Shown: piece after piece, positions 12,260 to 25,478 of the stretch | How the letters are laid out: every line of letters begins with the position of its first letter | Numbering within the stretch: the stretch's first letter is position 1 | Position numbers and translations under genes: made by a program | NCBI GenBank assembly: GCA_963733675.1 | Contig: CAVTET010000003.1 | Coordinates: forward strand, 160,001-224,000 | From: an uncultured Methanosarcinaceae archaeon | Lineage (GTDB): Archaea; Halobacteriota; Methanosarcinia; Methanosarcinales; Methanosarcinaceae | Length of the DNA: 64,000 bases | Direction: 5' to 3' | The notes under the pieces: model-generated | Told to the model about the DNA's origin: nothing | The model's input: only the letters and a program-made list of their open reading frames with translations | The model's database searches: none

Positions 12260-13356
12260 GAAATAAACTAATTCCCGCAAAACCGATTTATATCCCTAAG
12301 AGTTCGATTTGGTGAGTAAGCATCTTATGTATTTTAATTTCTTTAAACAATTTTTTTACACTAGTATAAATATACTTTTAAAAATTTAATATAGTTATTT
12401 TTTTCTCGTGAAGGAAGATACCTTAATAGATAAGCTGTTATTATTGGTAAAATAACACCAAGTAAAAAAGAAGTTACCAATGATTTATTGTTTAATGACC
12501 CATTGCTTAATGACCCGTCAAGAGTTGATATCAACTTTCATCACATTGCTCATTAGGACAATAATGTAAATATGTTTTTTGATTTATCAGCATTTTATAC
12601 ACTTGGTTTTCGAGACTTTTTTTATATCTTCTGGGATTGCACAATTTTTTCATTAATTCCACTAACAATAGCCTGCAATCAACCAAAACTAAACATAAAA
12701 AAAGTATTTTCTTTTCTAGAAATAGTTTTTACATTAAAAGCTCTGCATCGATGGGAAAATAAGAAACCGAATATTTATCAGTAAAACTATTAACTTTCCA
12801 TTAATTTCAACGAAGGACAAAATAATGAGTGCTGTAGAAGACTCAAATGAAATAGGGCAATACAGATGACCTTAAGGAATGTCATTATTGCCCCGAAAAT
12901 TAGAAGACTACCCCTTTTAAATTATCCATGGAGATAACATCTTTCAACATGAAGTTAACAACAATAAAATATTGTTTGTGCAGTTAGTGAGATCATCAAT
13001 CCGATACTTTTAAGCTGATTTTCCCCGAACTGTTTAACTCGTTCTACTAACAGACTGAGTAATCCCTGTTTTTCATTGGGAAGAAAAAAATACAAAATCA
13101 ACCACATTTATAGAACTTTCGGTACACTACCATTAAGATCGCAGTAAGCACCTTAACATTAACGGCTTACTTACAAAAGAATATTATTTATATATTATAA
13201 GATTATGTTAATCATTTATTATATACATTTCATTTATATAACAATAGTAGGGTAGAATTATCTAATATAGGAAAAGAATTTCTAAAAAATCTGACTCAAA
13301 AAGCCTAATGGCAAAGAGTTTTTGCGTCTATATTCTCAAACTTGAAGGGGAGTTGA

Positions 13357-14477
13357 ATGAATGGAAACCTGAGAAATTTCGGGCGAAAGAAAGCTGAAGA
13401 AACAGTTTTTCGCAATATAGAGGATTGGAAACATACCTTTGATGCTGTGCCAGACCTGATTGCCATATTAGACACTGAATTTCGAATTGTTCGTGCAAAC
13501 AACTCCATGGTAGCAAGTTTGGGTATGACACCAAAGGAGTGTATTGGATTGACTTGCTATCGGATTGTCCATGGAACGGATGAACCTCCCTTTTTTTGCC
13601 CGCACAGGCAGTTGCTTAGTGATGAGCTTGAACATACTGTAGAGATTTGTGAGGATTTTCTTGGTGGTTATTTTATAGTAAGCGTCTCGCCACTGCATGA
13701 TTCAGAGGGAAAACTCACTGGGTGCATTCATGTTGCCCGTGATATCACCAAGCGAAGAGAAGCAGAGGTAACTTTAAAAAAAGCATATGATAATTTAGAT
13801 AAGTTAGTTAAAGAAAGAACATGTCAGCTTGAAAAAGCTTATAGCTCGCTAAAAGAAAGTGAAAATGGGCTTGCTGAAGCTCAAAAAATGTCTCATATTG
13901 GGAATTGGGAATTGGATCTTATAACTGATGAAATATATTTGTCTGATGAATTGTATAGTATTTTTAAACACACTTCACGAGAATTAGTCTCACCTTACAA
14001 TGACTATTTAAGTTATGTAAACCCCAAAGATCTAGACCAGGTGGATAATGCCTTTAAGAAAGCTATAAATGGAGAACCCTGCAGTATTGATCATAGAATT
14101 ATCTTAGCTAATGGGGAAGAACGCACAGTCCATTTACAATCCGAAGCTATTTTTGATGAAAAAAAGATTCCTATGAGATTGCAGGGAACAGTTCAATATA
14201 TTACTGAACGTAAAAAAACTGAAGAAAAAATTCAGAGCTTAGCGAATGTTGTAGAATCATCAAATGATGCTATCCTTACTATGTCTCATGATGGTATTAT
14301 TACTAGCTGGAATAAGGATGCAGAGCAGATTTATGGTTATTCATCGGAAGAAATTATAGAAAAAGGTGTCTCGATACTCTCACCAGATAATCTCAAAGAA
14401 GAAACAAAAAAGCTAATTGAAAAGGTTAAACTGGGAGAGAGGATCCAACGTTACAGAACTTCAAGGTTAAGAAAAGA
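13357..14477 (+). pseudogene. Multi-PAS sensor (histidine kinase N-terminus) truncated by IS6
   Basis: PAS motifs (TFDAVPDLIAILD, HIGNWELD, VESSNDAI...SWNKDAEQIYGY); reading frame runs into the IS6 TIR at 14478 and no kinase domain follows. Confidence 0.88.
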
Positions 14478-15332
14478 GGTTCCGTTGCAAAAAATCCTTT
14501 CTAATGATACAATAGAATAAAAAGAAAACCAAAGATAGTAATATGCTATCTAATTCCTTTAAATGGAAGCATTACGAAGGAGAAATTATCCTATTGAATG
14601 TAAGATGGTACTTAAAATATCCATTGAGCTATATAAATTTAAAGGAAATGATGATAGAAAGAGGAATTCAAGTTGATCACAGTACTATAATGAGATGGGT
14701 GCATCAATATTTCCCTGAGATAGAACAAAAGATCAGAAGACATTTAAGACTAACAAACTATTCGTGAAGAGTTGATGAAACCTATATCAAAGTAAAAGGT
14801 AAATGGAAATATTTTTACCGAGCAGTTGACTCAAATGGAGAGACAATCGATTTCATGTTAAGTGCAAAACGAAACAGAAAAGCAGCGAAGAGATTCTTTA
14901 AGAAAGCTTTGAGTTCTAATCATAATCAAATTCCAAGAGTAATAACCGTTGATAAGAATCCAGCTTATCCACCTGCTATAGATAAACTAAAAATTGATAA
15001 AATACTACCTAAAAACGTAGGCATTCGACAAATCAAGTATTTGAATAACATTATAGAACAAGATCACAGATCTATAAAGAGAATCGTTAATCCAATGTTA
15101 GGATTTCAGTCTTTTCGATCTGCTAATAAGACTTTAAAAGGAATTGAAGCTATAAATATGATCAAAAAAGGACAAGTAATCGATTTAAATTACTCTGTTC
15201 TTAATGAAGTCAAATACATTAATCAATTATTTGGTATAGTTTTATAATGTTAGTACATTTTCCTTGAATGTTTTGATTTTTATTAATCACGTATAGATTT
15301 ACATATTTTGTTGAAGTTTTTGCAACGGAACC
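14478..15332 (+). mobile_element. IS6-family element; transposase 14543-15247 interrupted by an in-frame TGA
   Basis: TIRs GGTTCCGTTGCAAAAA / TTTTTGCAACGGAACC; DDE motifs VDETY, TVDKN, NNIIEQDHR; TGA at 14765 where other copies have Trp. Confidence 0.95.
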
Positions 15333-15937
15333 GAAAGTGTTACTAATCTTGCTAAAGACATAATCAACTATGTCATTTGGGGGATATTTTAAGCTCAAGG
15401 TTTTCTCTCCGACCATATACAAACCTGACTGGCTTGATCGTTCTATTTGTAGTTACCATGCCAGTAGAAATGTAGATATGCCCTTCCAGGTGCCCTATCC
15501 AAGACAGTTGCTCTGGTGGAAATTTCATCAATCTCCACTTGTGAAAAACTGAAAAGTTCAGATATATACCTAGCTTGCCATCCTATAAAAAAAAAGTTAG
15601 GATCTTACAGGGGATTGATAACTACATATAGTCTTTTTCCGGTTGTTTTCTCAGCCTTATTTAGCGTCTCTCTAAGCAACTGAATGGAAAGATTGAATTA
15701 AAAAATAGAGAAAACTAAAAATAGAAAGATAAAATTATCAAAATGATCTGTAGTTGATGAAAATAGATTGTAACACAGCAAAAATAGTTAATATTACAAT
15801 ATAAAGTCATATGCTCATAAGTTTTGTCAAACCAACTGGGATGAAAATAGTACTGAGTTTAATCAGAAAATAATGTATACTGTCAAACTTAGGTATCATA
15901 GACACACTGTCAAATTTTCATTGACGATTTTAAAATT

Positions 15938-16795
15938 CTAGGGATTATTTCTGATCTTGTTCACAAGGTTTTTGATGGCCTCAGCAACCTGATATTCCGA
16001 GTCTCCCCAGTGGACAACAACTCCTTCAAAGCCGGAAATATTTACAAGGCCAGAATTTTCGGACCTGCAGCAACGCGTAATGAAAGGTCCTGATGGTACC
16101 AATATTTCGAATTCTAATGGACATATATTTATGAAGAAGTATTCAAGTTCCGGAAAGCGCATTTCAAAAATGGTCTTTGAGATCTCACACCCTACAAGCA
16201 GGTGTCCGTTTTCGACTAATATATCCGAATCCAGGTATTTTCCTTTGAGACCAGACGCGCTGCATGGAAAAACAGTATTTGGTCCTTCAAAATGTCGAAG
16301 GTCAATTAGCTTTTCAACAAAATGGACCTGCAGGTCACCGAAAATCCCACTGGCTTCAAGCCTCCTTACAACCATGGAGAGCCAGGAAGGCTCAGGGGGA
16401 ACGACGTCAAGTATCTCTATATGAATAATACTGGAAAGATCAGGTTTATGAACAAATGTAACGTGCTTATCCGAGCCTGTAAAAATTATAGTATTAACCT
16501 TGCCTGAGCAGAGGTTTACTGCAGTCTCAATCAGGAGGGTACGATTCCTTAGATTAAGTTCCTCATCATACTTCATCACTTCTTCTCCAGAGGCAATGAG
16601 TTCAAGGTATTCAACTTTTCTGAGCAGTCCTTCCCCGCTTTTTTTCACATAATAAACCTCATAATTGGTATTGAAGGTATCAGAATTTTCCTTTTCAACG
16701 ATGAGGTAATCAGTCAAAAAGTAAATAAGTTCTTCAGCAGCTGAATTAGTGGATAGCTTCATACCCACAAGTTTATATTCGTCAGGAAAGATCAT
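15938..16795 (-). CDS. Conserved hypothetical protein, Cys-containing, downstream of hacB
   Basis: 285 aa intact ORF with VFPC, GCEIS, NICP, TRCC and VHWG motifs. Confidence 0.8.
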   Translation of the reverse strand: MIFPDEYKLVGMKLSTNSAAEELIYFLTDYLIVEKENSDTFNTNYEVYYVKKSGEGLLRKVEYLELIASGEEVMKYDEELNLRNRTLLIETAVNLCSGKVNTIIFTGSDKHVTFVHKPDLSSIIHIEILDVVPPEPSWLSMVVRRLEASGIFGDLQVHFVEKLIDLRHFEGPNTVFPCSASGLKGKYLDSDILVENGHLLVGCEISKTIFEMRFPELEYFFINICPLEFEILVPSGPFITRCCRSENSGLVNISGFEGVVVHWGDSEYQVAEAIKNLVNKIRNNP

Positions 16796-16856
16796 AGGTA
16801 GCTGTTTTTTTGAGTGGTTATAATTCTTTCAAATAGGCCATATATCTAGTTATTCT

Positions 16857-17345
16857 TTACTTACTCTGAACTTTCTTCCTGTGAGCCACAAGTCCACCAT
16901 CAGTAAGTATCTCTAGTAGGAAGTCCGGCAGTTTGTTTCCTTTGAATATACTTTTCCCATAAACTTCAACCTCACCTTTTAACAAATCAACTCTGACCTC
17001 ACATACATCCTTACATTCGACATCTGCTTCCATGAGAGGCAATCCAACATTTATTGCATTTCTGAAAAAAATCCTTGCAAAAGACTTTGCGATAACGCAG
17101 GATACTCCGGCATATTTCAAAGCAAGGGGAGCCTGTTCCCTTGATGAGCCACATCCGAAATTGGTTCCTGCAACAATAATATCTCCCTGTTTCACTCTTT
17201 TTGCGAATTCTGGGTCAATGCCTTCCATTGCATGGGCTGCAAAAACCTCCATATTTTTGGTCCGCAGGTATTTTCCTGGGATAATCACGTCTGTATCAAT
17301 ATTGTCTCCAAATTTCCAGATCCTACCTATGATAGGATTTATCAC
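16857..17345 (-). CDS. hacB: Homoaconitase small subunit (coenzyme B biosynthesis)
   Basis: LeuD fold ([25 protein letters not shown]); YLRT loop characteristic of methanogen homoaconitase small subunits. Confidence 0.85.
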   Translation of the reverse strand: MINPIIGRIWKFGDNIDTDVIIPGKYLRTKNMEVFAAHAMEGIDPEFAKRVKQGDIIVAGTNFGCGSSREQAPLALKYAGVSCVIAKSFARIFFRNAINVGLPLMEADVECKDVCEVRVDLLKGEVEVYGKSIFKGNKLPDFLLEILTDGGLVAHRKKVQSK

Positions 17346-17608
17346 TAACCTTCACCTACTGATTATGTTTTTTTATAGTATATCTAACTTGACATTGGAA
17401 AATTAAATTCATTTTTTACTGTCACGATCGATTTTCACCAAAATGCAAACCATTTTAATAATTCTTAACTTACTATTTTTGGGTCGTATCAATGAGTTTT
17501 GATTAATTCCAAAAAAACGATCCCAAAATAAATTTGAGCAAAATGCAGAGAGATTCTTGTACTCACTGATTTCAGCATCTACAAAACAAAACCCACATTT
17601 TTTTCTTT

Positions 17609-17757
17609 AAACCCACATTCTGCAGATGTACACAGATGTATAATTTATTTGCCGATTTGCCCAATATTCTTCCTTAAAGACGTGATGAACATTTAAACCA
17701 CTTCCGTATTGAGAAAATAGTTAACATTTTTGTGTATATATACGGAATGTCGGATGT
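17609..17757 (+). repeat. MITE family B copy (~150 bp)
   Basis: aacccacattctgcagatgtacacagatgta...; reverse copy at 35385-35530, partial copy at 59784-59822. Confidence 0.75.
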
Positions 17758-17868
17758 GACATATCCTATAGGAGATTATTACTGAGGATATATATAAAAA
17801 TGACCAATAGGCAGGGAGTTTAAATAGAGGTTTACTTTGCCTGAAAAAGGTCTAGATCTCATTTATTT

Positions 17869-18138
17869 TCAGTAATTTTTATTTATTTCACTAAGATATC
17901 CGCAAACTGAACAAGTGTTTAACTTTGAGAGTGAAACTTCACTGAAATTTCCTGAAAATCCATTCCAAAACAGGAAGCTACCATCCAGAAGGTTTCCTCT
18001 TTCTGTCAGGAATTTAATTGCTTCATTTGCCTGAATAGAACCGCTAACTTCTGGAGTTACCCCTAAAACCGGCAAAACTTCTTTTTTGGAAATACATGAA
18101 AAAATGCTGTAAAAGAAGGAGGTTTTCCCAAGAATTAT
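17869..18138 (-). pseudogene. ThiF/MoeB/HesA family C-terminal remnant
   Basis: IILGKT...PVLGVTPEVSGSIQANEAIKFL...CSVCG; N-terminus replaced at an IS6-type TIR. Confidence 0.8.
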
Positions 18139-18287
18139 GGTTCCGTTGCAAAAAATCTGACTCCCTTGCAAAATAAATGAAAACATTCACAATTAGGAAA
18201 TCTAATCAATATCATCGCCGGGAAAAGGTACACAAAAGTAAAAATCATAGTATCAAACTGTGGAAATATTATTTTTGCACCACAACC
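18139..18287. mobile_element. IS6-derived miniature element
   Basis: Left end GGTTCCGTTGCAAAAA, right end TTTTTGCACCACAACC, no transposase between. Confidence 0.6.
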
Positions 18288-18477
18288 TTAAACACCATTG
18301 TTTAATTTGTATTTTAGACATTTAACGGTTTTAATACTACAGTTTTTCAGTTCAAATGCGTAAGTCCTATCCCAATTGTCGAATCAGATTAATTTTAAGA
18401 AGCATCTTAAAGCTGCATTTACTGGCGAATCAATGGCAAACAGGACACACTTGGCCTTTGCAAAAAAAGTCGACTAA

Positions 18478-19350
18478 GAGCCTATCCGAAGAATAATATA
18501 CTTTCAATTTAAGATCATGTGTGGTAACGACAAAACGGAAAATTGTTCAGGACTACGAAATTTCTGAAGATTATTGGAAAAAATAGAACCTTTACTACCT
18601 ATACCTAAGCCAAAAAAGAAGTCTGGAAGACCTAGAAAAGGTGATAGGAAAATAATGAGTGGCATTTTCTATTTCCTTTTTACTGGTTGCCAATGGAAAG
18701 CATTGCCACGATTTTATGGAGCTCCAAGCACTGTACATGATCGATTTCAGGAATGGCAACTATCAGGCTTATTTGAGAGCATGTGGATGGCTGGTCTTGT
18801 TGAGTATGATTTCGGAAAAGGATTAGAATGGGAATGACAATCAATTGATGGTGCTATGACAAAAGAACCATTAGATGGAGCTGGAACAGGAGCCAATCCT
18901 ACTGATCGTGGCAAAAAAAGGTACAAAAAGGAATGTTTTTAACTGATGGTAAAGGCATACCACTTTCTGTTGTCGTGGATGGAGCCAATCGTCACGATAA
19001 AAAACTTGTAAAAAGGACTTTAGACGCCATATTCTTTGAAAGACCTTCTCCAGAAAACATAATTCAGAATATATGCATGGATAAGGGTTATGATTTCACA
19101 GATATCAGAAAATTGGTTGAAGACTATGGTTATACTGCGCATATCAAAAGTCGTGGAGAAGAAAACATAAGAAGAGACATACCTGGTTTTAGGGCAAGAA
19201 GATGGGTTGTAGAAAGGACACATTCTTAGCTGAATAGATTCAGAAGACTCCTTATAAGATGGGAAAAGAAAATTGAAAATTACCTTGCTATCCTACATTT
19301 AGCATGCGCATTGATAACATTCAGATCAGCAGGACTTTTCGGATAGCCTA
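18478..19350 (+). mobile_element. IS5-family (IS1031/IS427-like) element, transposase inactivated
   Basis: TIR gagcctatccgaa / ttcggatagccta flanked by TAA; motifs TGCQWKALP, STVHDRF, DKGYD, RWVVERT; TGA and TAG at Trp positions. Confidence 0.9.
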
Positions 19351-19705
19351 TAAGACACAGTCTGTATGAAATAGGACCCTCTTGCTACTTTGTTCTGTAA
19401 CCATCTAAAGGTAAATCGATGTAAATGTATAATTATAGTAATCATTTTAACATTAGCAGATACCTTAACCAAATACAAATATGAGTGATTGAAGATGGCA
19501 TCAAAAAATGAACAATTGTGGAGCGATTTAATGCATTTTCTTGAGTCAGGTAGATCAGCTTAAGGAATAATCAAAAAAATCTAATGGTAGAGTTTGGACT
19601 TAGTATATTTATTAGCAAATGTTGGGATATTTAGACTTATATCCTTCTTTTGTGCGATTTGGTTGATTTTTATGCCACAATCCACCTAGCTCCCTGTACT
19701 TTTCT

Positions 19706-20276
19706 TTATGGTTTCTCCTCTTTTATGTCTCCAGTTGGACCCATCAATCTAGCCAGCCATTTTGTTTCATCAAAACTTTCAAATATGATCTTCAAAATCA
19801 ATGTCAGTGGTATGGAAAGCAGCACACCTGCAGTTCCAAGCACATAATTCCAATAGATCAGCGAAAGAAATAAGATACCTGGAGATAATTTCAGGCCTTT
19901 ACCTGCAAGTGAAGGAAATATAACATTTTCTGCAAGCATATTGATAACCAAGATAACGACAATAATTGCAAGAGCACCTACAGGTCCATATTTGAACAGT
20001 GAAAACATTATGGATGAAATAGAAGATAGAACGAGACCAATGTAGGGGATATAACTGAACAGGAATATAAGGACGCCCCAGAGAATCGCAAAGTCGATCC
20101 CTCCGAGAAAGAAAAAGATGACAATTCCGATGGCTGTGATAAGATTTGTTTCTGTTCTTATGATCAAAAACCCTACTAGATTCTTGTCAAACTTATTAAT
20201 CCTCATTTGGAGTTTGGATTGTTTTTCAAGTTCTGAATTCATTTTTTCAGGAGTATTGGTGGCATCTATTAACAAG
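19706..20276 (-). pseudogene. AI-2E family transporter, 5'-truncated by IS6
   Basis: FLFSYIPYIG, ENVIFP, LSP, WNYVLGTAGVLLSIPLT; N-terminal half absent. Confidence 0.85.
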
Positions 20277-21132
20277 GGTTCCGTTGCAAAAATTTCAAAA
20301 TAACCATGTAAATCTATACGTGATTAATAAAAATCAAAATATTCGAGGAAAATGTACCAACATTATAAAACTATACCAAATAATTGATTAATATATTTGA
20401 CTTCATTAAGAACAGAGTAATTTAGATCATTTACTTGTCCCTTTTTGATCATATTCATAGCTTCAATTCCTTTTAAGGTCTTATCAGCAGATCGAAAAGA
20501 CTGAAAACCTAGCATTGGAGCAATTATCCGCTTTATAGATCTCTGATCTTGTTCTATAATGTTATTCAAGTACCTCACTTGCCTAATTTCAACGTTTTTA
20601 GACAAGTTCTTCTCATTTTTCAGTTCATTCATAGCTATCGGATATGCTGCATTTTTATCAACTGTTATTACTCTTGAAATTTGGTTATGATTAGAACTCA
20701 ATACTTTCTTAAAAAATCTCTTCGCTGCTATCCTATTTCGTTTTGAACTTAACATGAAATCAATTGTATTTCCATTTGAGTCAACTACTCGGTAAAGATA
20801 TTTCCATTTACCTTTTATTTTGATATAGGTTTCATCAACTTTCCACGAATAGTTTATCAGTCTTAAATGTCTTCTTATCTTCTTTTCTATTTCAGGGGAA
20901 TATTGATGTACCCATCTCATTATAGTACTGTGATCAACTTGAATTCCTCTTTCTATCATTATTCCCTTTAAATTTCTATAGCTCAATGGGTATTTTAAGT
21001 ACCATCTTACATTCAATAAGATAATTTTCCCTCCAAAATGCTTCCATTTAAAGGAATTAGATAGCATGTTACTATCTTTGATTTTCTTTTTATTCTATTG
21101 TATCATTAGAAGGGATTTTTTGCAACGGAACC
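20277..21132 (-). mobile_element. IS6-family element with intact 234 aa transposase (20363-21067)
   Basis: TIRs GGTTCCGTTGCAAAA at both ends; DDE motifs. Confidence 0.95.
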
Positions 21133-21584
21133 TTAATTAATTAACATTATACTAATTATTAATATTTGATGTGAGTTAATTAAAGTTTAATCCTTAAGTA
21201 TGAAATTAACACTTTATCTTATAAGAAAAGTGATTTTATAGTCACTTAACAAAATTTATCACTGATCCTAAAATTAGAGACGAAATATGGAAATTACGGA
21301 AAAAGCCGGAAAAAGGAAACTTAAGCTAAGTTTTTCAGTTGCTTTCAGTGCTTTCCTTCGTTCAACTTAAAATTCTAAAGGTAGTAGGAAGATGTGTACA
21401 CTTGATGATAAATTAATTTTTCTAAGATATCGAAGTTTTACTTTTTATTCGAGGACTAAAAGCTGGGAAAAAGTTTAGGAAATATTATAATAATTAATAT
21501 ATAATAATTAGGATTTGTACATACTCAGTCATAATAATATATATTGAGATCGATTTGAATCCCAAACTAATGTGCAGGAGATGG

Positions 21585-22664
21585 ATGAAAGTGGAAAAAA
21601 GCGGAAACCTTAAAGAAATTGGATTTCTTCTTAAAAAATTCACAAATGCTCATGGAATTTCAGGTTCTGAAGATAATATCCGTGATCTCCTTGAAATGGA
21701 GATAGAACCCTATGTAGACACTATCCGGAGTGATATCATGGGGAATCTTATAGCTACTAAAAAAGGAGACAGACCTTCTGTAATGCTTGCTGCTCACATG
21801 GACGAAATCGGGCTCATGATCAAGTATATTGATGATAACGGATTTCTCCGTTTTGTAGAGATCGGAGGATGGTTTGACCAGACACTCCTCAGTCAGAGAG
21901 TTCTAGTTCATGGCAAGAAAGGCTCAATTCCAGGAGTAATTGGTTCCAAGCCTCCCCATTTGATGAAAGAAGATGACAGGAAAAAGCCTGTGAAAATGGA
22001 GGATATGTTTATTGATATCGGAGCGAATGACAGGGATGATGCTGAAAAAATTGGAATCGAGATCGGTACGCCAGTTAGTATTGACCGGGAATTTATGCCT
22101 CTAGCAAATGGCAAGGTCACTTCAAAAGCTTTTGACGATCGTGTGGGAGTTGTAATTCTCATAGAGGTTATGAAACAGCTTTCTAAGCATAACATTGAAG
22201 CAAATATCTATGCTGTAGGTACTGTTCAGGAGGAAGTAGGACTGAAGGGAGCAAAAATCTCTGCTTTTGGGCTTGTCCCTAACTTGGCTCTCGCTCTTGA
22301 TACAACTGTCCCAGGAGATTATCCGGGTATCAACAAAACCGATTCTTCCCTTGAAGTCGGGAAAGGGCCTGTAATTAACGTAGCCGATGCGTCTGGAAGA
22401 GGCCTTATAGCCCATCCTCAGGTTCTTAAGTGGTTGAGGGATACTGCAGCCGAAAATAATATTTCTTATCAGTTGAACGTTGGTTCTGGAGGGACTACTG
22501 ATGCTACATCGATACACCTCACAAAAGAAGGTATTCCCACAGGCACTGTTAGTATAGCCACCAGGTATGTCCATTCCCCAGTTGAAGTTCTGGATATCTC
22601 AGACGTAGAAGCAAGTGTCTTGTTGATTGTAAAAGCAATAGAAAATGTTAGCAGATATTTCTGA
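21585..22664 (+). CDS. M42 family (TET/Frv) aminopeptidase
   Basis: AAHMDEIG, SKAFDDR, TVQEEVGLKGA, GGTTDA, RYVHSPVE. Confidence 0.93.
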   Translation: MKVEKSGNLKEIGFLLKKFTNAHGISGSEDNIRDLLEMEIEPYVDTIRSDIMGNLIATKKGDRPSVMLAAHMDEIGLMIKYIDDNGFLRFVEIGGWFDQTLLSQRVLVHGKKGSIPGVIGSKPPHLMKEDDRKKPVKMEDMFIDIGANDRDDAEKIGIEIGTPVSIDREFMPLANGKVTSKAFDDRVGVVILIEVMKQLSKHNIEANIYAVGTVQEEVGLKGAKISAFGLVPNLALALDTTVPGDYPGINKTDSSLEVGKGPVINVADASGRGLIAHPQVLKWLRDTAAENNISYQLNVGSGGTTDATSIHLTKEGIPTGTVSIATRYVHSPVEVLDISDVEASVLLIVKAIENVSRYF

Positions 22665-23428
22665 TCCACTTCCCGTAGAGTTACCAAGAATACATCTAGT
22701 TTCTCAATATTGATCGTAGCTTAAAAATTAATCTAACCTTTAATGAATAATCGTTGGTAAATAGGCAAACAAATTGTACATATGTGTACGTCTACGGAGT
22801 AGCGTGTCATGTTGTTGAAAACAAATTATAAAATAAATTCTGCATCTACTTTGTTTGTGTTTTTATGCGCAGCTGTATTCGTATCTCGTGTATTATCGAC
22901 CATAGACAGGTAGATGCTTTGTCAATGAATCATAAAGAGAAGCTTAAAAGTCACTTGGCGATTCACTTGCAGCAACATCATGTTTTTATGATTTAATTCA
23001 ATTTTAACAAGCTCCAAAATTTCATTGCCATTCTACATAAACGTTGTTTTTGCTATTCACAGATTATACAAAATTTAGAAGCAAGGGAAAAAAACTTTTG
23101 TTATTGTCTAAACCATAAAATTTGTATATTATTTCTGCCAATTTAAATTACCAATTCATTGGGCAGTGAAATAGTATAAAAGGCCAATTTAACATACGTG
23201 ATTAAATTCACATTTGATCTTTCGATGGCAATTCACTAATTTGTTTTTAGAAGTTTTTGAAAGCTAAAATTAGAACCAGCTTTCTACAAAATAAAGATAC
23301 AGTAATGCTCAAAAAAGGTCTCTTGGAGAAGACTTTCATTTATTTGAGCTTTTTATTAGTAAAGTTTCATACTTGTTTTTAAGCCAATTTAATATTAAAA
23401 AAGTATATTATGTTCTTGTATCTATTAT

Positions 23429-23510
23429 TGAGAATTTCAACAAATCCCTATATTTTGTCATATGCTTATAAATGGCGCATAAATAACTCGTGAAAATCAG
23501 AGGTTTAGTA
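23429..23510 (+). repeat. MITE family A copy 2 (right end replaced)
   Basis: gagaatttcaacaaa...catatgcttataaa...ctcgtgaaaatcagaggtttagt. Confidence 0.8.
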
Positions 23511-24223
23511 ATAAGTTTACTCTGATAAATTACGTTCGGATCCTGACCGCAAGTCGTCTTGAAACTTCCTAATAATATAATGTTATCTAAATATATCTAA
23601 AGCATCCATTAAAAAAGAATTTATTTTAATGAAATTAAAATTTTATTTTTTTGCATATTTTCTGGAAAAAATATGTAGTCCTTTATCATCTGCTTGCTTT
23701 TGTTTTAAAAATGCAAATGGTGTATTTTCTGTTCTCTTTGTTACGCATTCCATTGAGGTTATTTAGAGCAGATCTTCTTAAATACATGAAAACAAAAAAT
23801 TAGTTCCACTGGAAATTTAATTCTGAAAAAATCAACCACTTAATAAATGACAATTGGATATTTTTACAAATCACATATATTGAAAAAAACAACCGCATTT
23901 TAAATTGAAAAATCTTGAAAATGAAAAAGTCTTCTCTGTAGCAGAATTAATTTTTGCAGGAGAATCTCTGAAAAGAAACTTGAGGCCAGAAGAACCAATG
24001 AAAAGAAGCTTATGAGGGAAAGACTCTCCAAAGGAAATTTTTCAATGATCCAGCTCCTGGTAGATAGGTCTCATATTTTGATATCCCAAGGAGAAAGCAT
24101 CATCTAGATAACTTATTTACCGGGTTCTGTGATAGAGTGGCAAGATGGTTTATATCTTTTTCTGGTAACTAGGCGACTTGCGGTCAGGATCCGAACGTAA
24201 TTTATCAGAGTAAACTTTTTACT
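23507..24223. repeat. 53-bp inverted repeat pair (23507-23559 / 24171-24223)
   Basis: agtaataagtttactctgataaattacgttcggatcctgaccgcaagtcgtct matches the reverse complement of the right arm with 2 mismatches. Confidence 0.92.
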
Positions 24224-24672
24224 GCAGCCAACTTACTAATCGTGATGATATTCTAACTATAAAAACTTCAGTTCACTTTATGTGCAGGAAATTCCGCAAG
24301 TTTATCTGGAGAAGATGGTGTGCAAAAGGGGGGCGGAGCTTATAGTTGATGACCATTTAGAGCCTTCCCACTATGCACATCCCCACAGATAATATGGCAA
24401 ATCGAGAGGAGATATGTAAGTGTTCTTAAACTCCAAGCAAACAAACGCGGCGAAGAATTCGCAAGTTAATAATTAAAATAATTATCTTTCATATTTTAAG
24501 AGTAAGTTTCAGAGAGAAAAAGCTGCAATGTTGATCAATTTTGATACTCATCAGGAGATTATTTAAATACTAACTGTGATACTTTAACTCTGTTAATGTA
24601 GTTCAATTAACAGGCTGGAAGTATTTTATGAGGTAGTATCAAAATAATTGCAGCAAATAATTGGTGATATTT

Positions 24673-25161
24673 ATGAAAAGAAGGGCCTGGAAATTCGGAG
24701 ACAACGTAGATACAGATGCAATAATACCAGGAAGATATCTGGTTTTCAATACTCAGGAAGATCTTGCAAAGCATACATTTGAAGGTGTACGCTCAGAATT
24801 TGCAAAAAATGTTCATGAGAATGATATCGTGGTCGCTGGAAGTAATTTTGGGTGCGGATCCTCACGCGAGCATGCGCCACTAGCCATTAAAGGGTTGAAG
24901 ATAAACTGTGTAATTGCAAAGTCTTTTGCAAGGATTTTTTTCAGAAATTCAATAAATATAGGAGTTCCTGTCCTTGAATGCCCAGACACTGACAGGATCG
25001 ATGATGGAGATGAGCTTGAGGTAAACCTTTCAACCGGAGTTATTGAAAACAAAACAAAAGGAGAAGTCTACCAAGCAACTCCACTCCCTGACTTCATTCG
25101 AGAGATCGTTGATGTTGGAGGGCTTGTGGAATATGCTAGAAAACTTGTCCCTAAGCGCTAA
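24673..25161 (+). CDS. leuD: 3-isopropylmalate dehydratase small subunit
   Basis: GDNVDTD, YLVF loop (IPMI type), [11 protein letters not shown]; adjacent to leuB. Confidence 0.88.
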   Translation: MKRRAWKFGDNVDTDAIIPGRYLVFNTQEDLAKHTFEGVRSEFAKNVHENDIVVAGSNFGCGSSREHAPLAIKGLKINCVIAKSFARIFFRNSINIGVPVLECPDTDRIDDGDELEVNLSTGVIENKTKGEVYQATPLPDFIREIVDVGGLVEYARKLVPKR

Positions 25162-25478
25162 GGAAAGGGAATCTTCCCGAGTTATACTTCTTAAAAATAG
25201 TAAATATAAGTTTAAAGATACCGATTTTGATTCAAGAGATACTTATAATCACTGACTGCTTGAAAAATAAAAACATAATCATTAGTCTACAGTTAAATAA
25301 AGTAATCTCACATAAATAAAGTAATCTCACATAAATTAACTTTGTGAATCTTAGTCAGTAGGATTATTGATTGTTGTTTAACCCAGGCTGGATAGTCATT
25401 AAGATATAATATTTTCCTTGTTTGACAGTTCGTAATAAAATAGGCAAATTTGCCTGTAAATTCGGAAGGAGCATAAAT

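Noticed and set aside
18933-19350. Pyrrolysine readthrough of the TAG in the IS5 transposase
   Set aside because: The TAG replaces a conserved Trp and the same gene also has a TGA stop, so ordinary decay
22809-22913. 34-aa hydrophobic ORF (MLLKTNYK...) as another leader-family member
   Set aside because: Similarity to the leader is too weak and there is no core
23920-24470. GC-richer gene relic upstream of leuD
   Set aside because: Looks coding but has multiple stops and could not be assigned to a family
25295-25335. Short tandem duplications (also near 39949 and 45316)
   Set aside because: Two-copy 13-19 bp slippage duplications with no further structure
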